Positions 59,542 to 64,000 of a DNA stretch of 64,000 bases are shown one piece after another. The DNA comes from Candidatus Methanoperedenaceae archaeon (GTDB lineage: Archaea; Halobacteriota; Methanosarcinia; Methanosarcinales; Methanoperedenaceae), in NCBI GenBank assembly GCA_963753595.1, contig CAVWCX010000006.1:1-64000 (forward strand), written 5' to 3'. Both the position numbers and the translations under genes were made by a program. A model generated the notes under the pieces. It made no database searches. It saw only the letters and a list, made by a program, of their open reading frames with translations, and was not told the origin of the DNA. Position 1 is the first letter of the stretch. Each line of letters starts with the position of its first letter.

Positions 59542-59543
59542 TT

Positions 59544-61358
59544 ATGACTGATGGACTATTAAAGTCTGAAAAGGGTATCTCAGAAATCGTTGGCACGATG
59601 TTGATATTGGGAGTTTTTGTATTAATGTTGACGTTAATACAGGCACGTGAAGTGCCAGAATGGAATAAGGCTGTTGAAATGGAACACAACGCAGTTGTTT
59701 ATGAAGACTTCCTGGAAATGAAAACGCACATTGAAGACATACCTGTTGTTCGGCTGCCAAGATCAGGCATTATCCATATGGGGGTTCATTATCCAAACAG
59801 GCCGATATTACTCAACCCGGCTGATACCTCAGGCACCCTTAACATGAAAAATGACACATGGATAAGAGTAGATTATACTCCTTTTAATAGTACGCCAACA
59901 TCTCTGAATATATCATCCGCAAGCATTACATACAAACCAAACTATAATTTTTTCATAAATGCACCGCTGCTTGTTTATGAACATGGGCTGGTCATTAAGG
60001 ATATAAATAATTATCTTTATACTGATACTGATCAGGCGATTTTTGGGACAGATATCTTAAATATATTGACCCTTGATTTTGCCGAAATATCCGAATCCTC
60101 TTCCGGCATAAAAGTCCTTAATTTTATTCCAGAATCAGTAGACAGCACCACAAACAATACGAATGTATCAGTTACTTTCTATACAAATTATCCTGAATTA
60201 TGGGATGTACTCTTAAGATATCACAATTTCATTCCTCAATATTCTGGAAATAATGTAATAACTATCGAATATTCAGGGAATATCACGATAAATGCTTACA
60301 GGATCAATGGTTCGTTACTTTCCGGAGTAGGAGTTACCAGAACACCCGCTCCAACACCAACATCCAGTCCAACCCCTACTCCAACACCGACACCTACCCC
60401 GACACCCACTCCGCCCTCACATAATTACACATATGTTACAAGTAACATTGCAACAAATGGGACAATTTCCAACTTTGTGAATATGAAGGACAATGCCACA
60501 GGCGCTTATGCTAACCTGGCAGAAGATGTTAATACTGTTTCAGGAACGATTTACAGGTGGGGATTTAATTCGACCTATGAGTCGTGGACTCCGACATGGG
60601 CTGGAAGTGGTGGGACAGTTACCACCACAGCCGGCTGGAAAGACGATGGTGACCCGGCAGGTGGCATTTATTCTCGTATATTTACATACTCAAATTATAT
60701 ACAAAGAACTTCAACATGGACATCTCCGGCTTTTACCTGGAATGGCGGCATACCTTCATCAGCAAGTCTTGATTTTGACTGGAGGGTCCGAACTTACTCT
60801 ACAGCCAGTCCTGGAAGTTATTATGTTAACCTGGTCAAGCCAGATGATTCTATTGTTCAGATATATCCGGCAACTTCTTTCAGTTCAACCAGTGATTGGT
60901 CTCATAAATCAAACAATTCATTAACACCAGGCGACTTTTCGCAACCAGGAAATTATCAAATCCAATTGGTCGCTGTATTGAACACAGGGTACGGTGGATC
61001 CAAGACTGTTGAGGTAAGATGGGACAATCCAAATATCACACTTGACACAACTACTTATAACCTGGATATCACCACAAATACTACAAGTGTCCCGGTGGAT
61101 ACGAATTATTATCTTGAAATAAACTACAGCCATGATGCAAACGAGACTGGCTATGTTGTTTTCGTTTACAATGGCACTGCATGGAACCTTAAAGGAACCC
61201 TGGCTTCAACAACATGGAGCCTTGCTAATTTCACACTCAGCAGCTCTGAAGTAATAAACGGGAATGTTAATGTGCGATATATTGACCAGACTCCTTCAGG
61301 AACAAACCAGGGCAACCTCTATATCGATTACCAGCGCATCCATGGAGTTACGATCTAA
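59544..61358 (+). CDS. archaeal type IV pilin-like protein with PT linker and C-terminal beta-rich (adhesin) domain
   Basis: Class III signal KSEKG/ISEIVGTMLILGV; VPEWNKAVEMEH; (PT)n linker. Confidence 0.75.
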   Translation: MTDGLLKSEKGISEIVGTMLILGVFVLMLTLIQAREVPEWNKAVEMEHNAVVYEDFLEMKTHIEDIPVVRLPRSGIIHMGVHYPNRPILLNPADTSGTLNMKNDTWIRVDYTPFNSTPTSLNISSASITYKPNYNFFINAPLLVYEHGLVIKDINNYLYTDTDQAIFGTDILNILTLDFAEISESSSGIKVLNFIPESVDSTTNNTNVSVTFYTNYPELWDVLLRYHNFIPQYSGNNVITIEYSGNITINAYRINGSLLSGVGVTRTPAPTPTSSPTPTPTPTPTPTPTPPSHNYTYVTSNIATNGTISNFVNMKDNATGAYANLAEDVNTVSGTIYRWGFNSTYESWTPTWAGSGGTVTTTAGWKDDGDPAGGIYSRIFTYSNYIQRTSTWTSPAFTWNGGIPSSASLDFDWRVRTYSTASPGSYYVNLVKPDDSIVQIYPATSFSSTSDWSHKSNNSLTPGDFSQPGNYQIQLVAVLNTGYGGSKTVEVRWDNPNITLDTTTYNLDITTNTTSVPVDTNYYLEINYSHDANETGYVVFVYNGTAWNLKGTLASTTWSLANFTLSSSEVINGNVNVRYIDQTPSGTNQGNLYIDYQRIHGVTI

Positions 61359-61378
61359 CTTCAAAAAATGGTAAAAGG

Positions 61379-61696
61379 CTAAGCCTTCAACATGATAAGC
61401 AGCATTTTGAACTTCTGTTCGGCTTTTACAGCATGCGGTACATTTGCCGGCATTATTATCAACTGTCCTTCTTTCATATCGTGATGTTCTCCCCCGATAA
61501 TAAAATGTCCTTCTCCTTCAATAACCTGGACCACAGCATCAAATGGCGCAGAATGCTCGCTTAATCCCTGTCCTGCATCAAAAGCAAATAATGTTATTGT
61601 GCCTGCTGGATTCTGTTTCAGGGTCTTGCTGACGACTGAGTCCTGGCTATATTCGATATGTTCTTTTAGAATGATTGGTAAAGACATAGGATCCAC
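61379..61696 (-). CDS. cupin domain protein
   Basis: TLFAFDAGQGLSEHSAP...MPANVPHAV. Confidence 0.9.
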   Translation of the reverse strand: MDPMSLPIILKEHIEYSQDSVVSKTLKQNPAGTITLFAFDAGQGLSEHSAPFDAVVQVIEGEGHFIIGGEHHDMKEGQLIIMPANVPHAVKAEQKFKMLLIMLKA

Positions 61697-62043
61697 ACAT
61701 TAAAGTCGTATTCAATACTAGAAATAATCTTTGATGAGGAAATTCCCTGAAATTGTGTCAGGTGGTATTATAAACTATATGCTTTTACCGCTAATGCTTT
61801 ATTAATTATAGTCAATAGATTTATACATTATAGGGTATTATCAGGATACTGCCCTTACAGAGGTAAATACGCAAAAAGAGGTAATACGAATGGTTGAAAA
61901 AGTTAATAATTACAGAACCGGGAATATCAAAAAATCGGGAAAAGGATATGTATCGACACAAGAATCTATATCAGGACAGAAAAGTTACTTTTGTAATAAT
62001 AGATTTATACAGGATATAACAATAAAAGTATAGGAGGAGAATT

Positions 62044-63921
62044 ATGGAAACGGTTAGTGCACATGAATCAATAATAAAAATGCATAGTATTTTGAACAAA
62101 GATAAGGTATCAAACTCTTTTGACAGGGCAGTAGCACAGGGAAAACGCTGTTCATTCTGTGAACAGGGTATAAGCTGCCAGCTTTGCAGCAATGGCCCCT
62201 GCAGGATAAAGCCTGGAGCAGACCGCGGGGTTTGCGGTATTGATGCCGACGCTATGGCAATGAGGAACATGCTGTTCTTGAACACCATGGGTACAACGGC
62301 ATATACTTACCATGCAAAAACTGTCGCAAAAACACTCAAAGCGACTGCATTGGGAAAAACGCCTTTCCAGATAAAGGATGAAGCAAAGCTTAGAAGTTTT
62401 GCAGGGAAGATGAATGTAAAGACTGACGGCAGCACAAAAGATATCGCAATTGCATTAGCTGATGCGATGACTGCGCAAATAAACTCTGATTCTGACATCG
62501 AGCTTTCAAACGTTCTTCGTTTTGCCCCGAAGTCAAGGATAGAACTCTGGAGAAAACTTGGCATCCTTCCTGGAGGACCACTTCATGAGGTCATGGATGC
62601 TACCACAAGCTCAATGACAAATATCGATGGCGATTATGTCTCGCTTGCAAAAAAGGCTTTGCGTCTTGGTATTTCATGTATTTACGGCTCACAGATCCCG
62701 CTTGAGATGGGACAGGACATCCTGTTCGGAACGCCACAACCACATGCAGTCAATGTAGATCTTGGAATTATCGACCCGACTTATGTAAATATTGCAGCAA
62801 ATGGTCATGAGCCTTTTATCGGAGCGGCACTTATCAAAGCTGCCCATGAGGCAAAAAACCAGGCTGCTGCAAAGAAAGCAGGAGCAAAAGGACTCCACAT
62901 TATCGGCTCAATCGAAACAGGCCAGGAACTCATCCAGAGATTCCCGATAGATGATGTGTTCGTTGGAATGACCGGGAACTGGCTGTCTATCGAACCAGCC
63001 CTTGCAACAGGCGGTATCGATGTTTTCGCAATGGATATGAACTGCTCACCTCCGGGAATGGGCGAGTACCAGGATAAATACAACACTAACCTTATTTCGG
63101 TTTCAAAACTCGTTAATGTCCCGGGTATGAAAGACCAGATCATCTATAAACCGGAAGATGCAGCAGCACAGGCCCAGAAACTCATAGATATAGCAATTAC
63201 GAACTTCAATAAGAGAAAAGGAAAGGTCACAAATCCATCAAATAAGAAGCAAAATGCTGTGATCGGTTTCTCGACCGAGGCATGCCTTGGCGCTCTTGGC
63301 GGCACTCTTACCCCGCTTCTTGATGTTATCAAGAAAGGGACCTTAAAAGGAGTAGTAGCACTTGTCAGCTGCACAACGCTGCACGACAGCGGCCAGGATG
63401 TCAATACTTTGAAAATGGCCCGTGAGCTCATAAAGAGGGATATACTTGTCATAAGCGCAGGATGCGGTAATGCTGCCCTTCAGGTTGGCGGTCTTACAAC
63501 CCTTGAAGCAAAGCAGGAAGCAGGTCCAGGTCTAAGAGCTGTATGCGAGCTTCTCAAAATACCTCCGGTCCTGAGCTTTGGAACCTGCACGGATACCGGA
63601 AGGATCACCCTTCTTGTGACTGCGGTCGCAGATGCTCTTGGCGTTGACCCGTCCCAGCTTCCAGTTGCAGTGACAGCGCCTGAGTATATGGAACAAAAAG
63701 CCACGATCGATGCGATATTTGCCCTGGCCTTCGGGCTTTATACCCACGTTGCACCCCTGCCTCCGGTTGCAGGAGCTCCACGTCTTGTGAAACTCCTGAC
63801 TTCAGACCTTGAGGGGATAACAGGCGGAAAGATCGCTGTTGAGACAGACATGGTCGAAGCGGCAAATGGCATAGAAGCCCATATAATGAAGAAAAGGTCG
63901 GCTCTGGGATTGCCAGCATAA
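62044..63921 (+). CDS. cooS: CooS/Ni-CODH family protein, non-canonical active site
   Basis: CSFC..ISCQLCSNGPC...GVCG; NGHEP; GSIETGQE; DMNC; VSC; AGC; GTC; EQKA. Confidence 0.9.
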   Translation: METVSAHESIIKMHSILNKDKVSNSFDRAVAQGKRCSFCEQGISCQLCSNGPCRIKPGADRGVCGIDADAMAMRNMLFLNTMGTTAYTYHAKTVAKTLKATALGKTPFQIKDEAKLRSFAGKMNVKTDGSTKDIAIALADAMTAQINSDSDIELSNVLRFAPKSRIELWRKLGILPGGPLHEVMDATTSSMTNIDGDYVSLAKKALRLGISCIYGSQIPLEMGQDILFGTPQPHAVNVDLGIIDPTYVNIAANGHEPFIGAALIKAAHEAKNQAAAKKAGAKGLHIIGSIETGQELIQRFPIDDVFVGMTGNWLSIEPALATGGIDVFAMDMNCSPPGMGEYQDKYNTNLISVSKLVNVPGMKDQIIYKPEDAAAQAQKLIDIAITNFNKRKGKVTNPSNKKQNAVIGFSTEACLGALGGTLTPLLDVIKKGTLKGVVALVSCTTLHDSGQDVNTLKMARELIKRDILVISAGCGNAALQVGGLTTLEAKQEAGPGLRAVCELLKIPPVLSFGTCTDTGRITLLVTAVADALGVDPSQLPVAVTAPEYMEQKATIDAIFALAFGLYTHVAPLPPVAGAPRLVKLLTSDLEGITGGKIAVETDMVEAANGIEAHIMKKRSALGLPA

Positions 63922-63944
63922 ATTGGAAATTTCAACATAGGAAA

Positions 63945-63967
63945 ATGGTGCACCCCCGGTGCATCAT
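63945..63967 (+). terminator. hairpin downstream of cooS
   Basis: atggtgcacc-ccc-ggtgcatcat followed by AT-rich sequence. Confidence 0.45.
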
Positions 63968-64000
63968 ATTATTTATGCATCATATTATTTATATTACTTT

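Noticed and set aside
1-64000. CRISPR array, tRNA/rRNA, prophage, DGR or retron
   Set aside because: No repeat-spacer array, cloverleaf, phage genes or reverse transcriptase seen; the near-identical repeats show no adenine-specific variation

Overview
This window looks like archaeal chromosomal DNA from the Methanosarcinales, most likely a Methanoperedens/ANME-2d-like organism. That assignment is inferred from the GGAGGTGA Shine-Dalgarno sites, TATA promoters, multiheme cytochromes with quinol-interacting membrane subunits, and a PEF-CTERM tail. It divides into five blocks. (1) 0.1-1.5 kb: a small DUF1059-like gene and an HTH-MNT/HEPN toxin-antitoxin pair. (2) 1.5-11.6 kb, minus strand: two quinol:cytochrome c modules (Hmc/NrfCD-like and split CbcL-like). 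Each is preceded by the same two-gene unit, a small membrane protein with a YxLPxE motif plus a ~480-aa RHH + V4R/MetOD1-like protein. A third 480-aa paralogue sits between the modules, and the upstream motifs are shared. (3) 11.9-29 kb: secreted proteins with cohesin, dockerin, CBM4_9-like, Ig and glycoside-hydrolase-like domains, plus a membrane hydrolase-CBM-MinD fusion. (4) 29-46.7 kb: an AT-rich Wzx-type glycan biosynthesis cluster with deletion scars, ending at an IS element. (5) 47-64 kb: a kaiC-kaiB-kaiB-PAS kinase-response regulator operon facing cheBR-kinase genes, surface-protein remnants, a pilin-like adhesin, a cupin and a non-canonical CooS. No rRNA, tRNA or CRISPR array was seen. 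All family calls come from reading motifs by eye, not from database searches.
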